DNA of 53,451 nt from the IMG/VR virus record IMGVR_UViG_3300042987_003044, positions 1 to 53,451 of that record. One strand, given 5' to 3'. Position 1 is the first letter of the stretch, and every line of letters begins with the position of its first letter. A program made the translations under genes and the position numbers. Positions 53,324 through 53,451 of the stretch are shown one piece after another. The notes below the pieces were generated by a model. It was not told where the DNA came from and did not search any database. It saw nothing but the letters and a program-made list of their open reading frames with translations. The DNA comes from a virus. Lineage: Duplodnaviria > Caudoviricetes.

Positions 53324-53356
53324 AAAAAAAAAGGCAGGGACACCACTCCCTGCCTT
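53324..53356 (-). terminator. Intrinsic terminator
   Basis: Minus strand AAGGCAGGGA-GTGGTG-TCCCTGCCTT followed by a T run. Confidence 0.88.
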
Positions 53357-53451
53357 ATGTTACCCACTCTACCTTATATGATATGATTATCTCGACGCGC
53401 AGGGTAACTTTACTGAATGCTGAGGCAAACCCGTTCCTCATATGATTATGT

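Overview
Segment of a T4-like (Kyanoviridae-type) cyanomyophage genome, probably from a freshwater picocyanobacterial host (inference). Essentially all genes are on the minus strand. Positions 1-45,000 hold the conserved core: the gp47 N-terminus, gp55, uvsW, uvsY, head genes gp23/22/21/20, tail and neck genes gp3/19/18/15/14/13, terminase gp17/16, and baseplate genes gp8/gp7/gp6/gp25 plus a VrlC-like protein. This block is mostly AT-rich and driven by (T/C)TAAATA late promoters. Positions 45,000-47,250 hold small hypothetical genes, a GT-A glycosyltransferase-like gene and an AbrB-like gene. Positions 47,450-52,950 are a visibly more GC-rich early region of about 20 tiny genes, organised by ten copies of a 58-59 bp promoter cassette (GTGMCA-N10-TGGCAC palindrome, then a hairpin-enclosed -35 region, then -10). 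The most interesting signals are this cassette array, a 95-nt structured RNA in one early leader, a leaderless ligase-motif gene, an SD-occluding hairpin with a late promoter in its loop upstream of uvsW, two gene-less antisense sigma70 promoters, a putative protease-processed internal-head polyprotein and an NblA-like gene. All family calls come from motif recognition and synteny; no searches were run.
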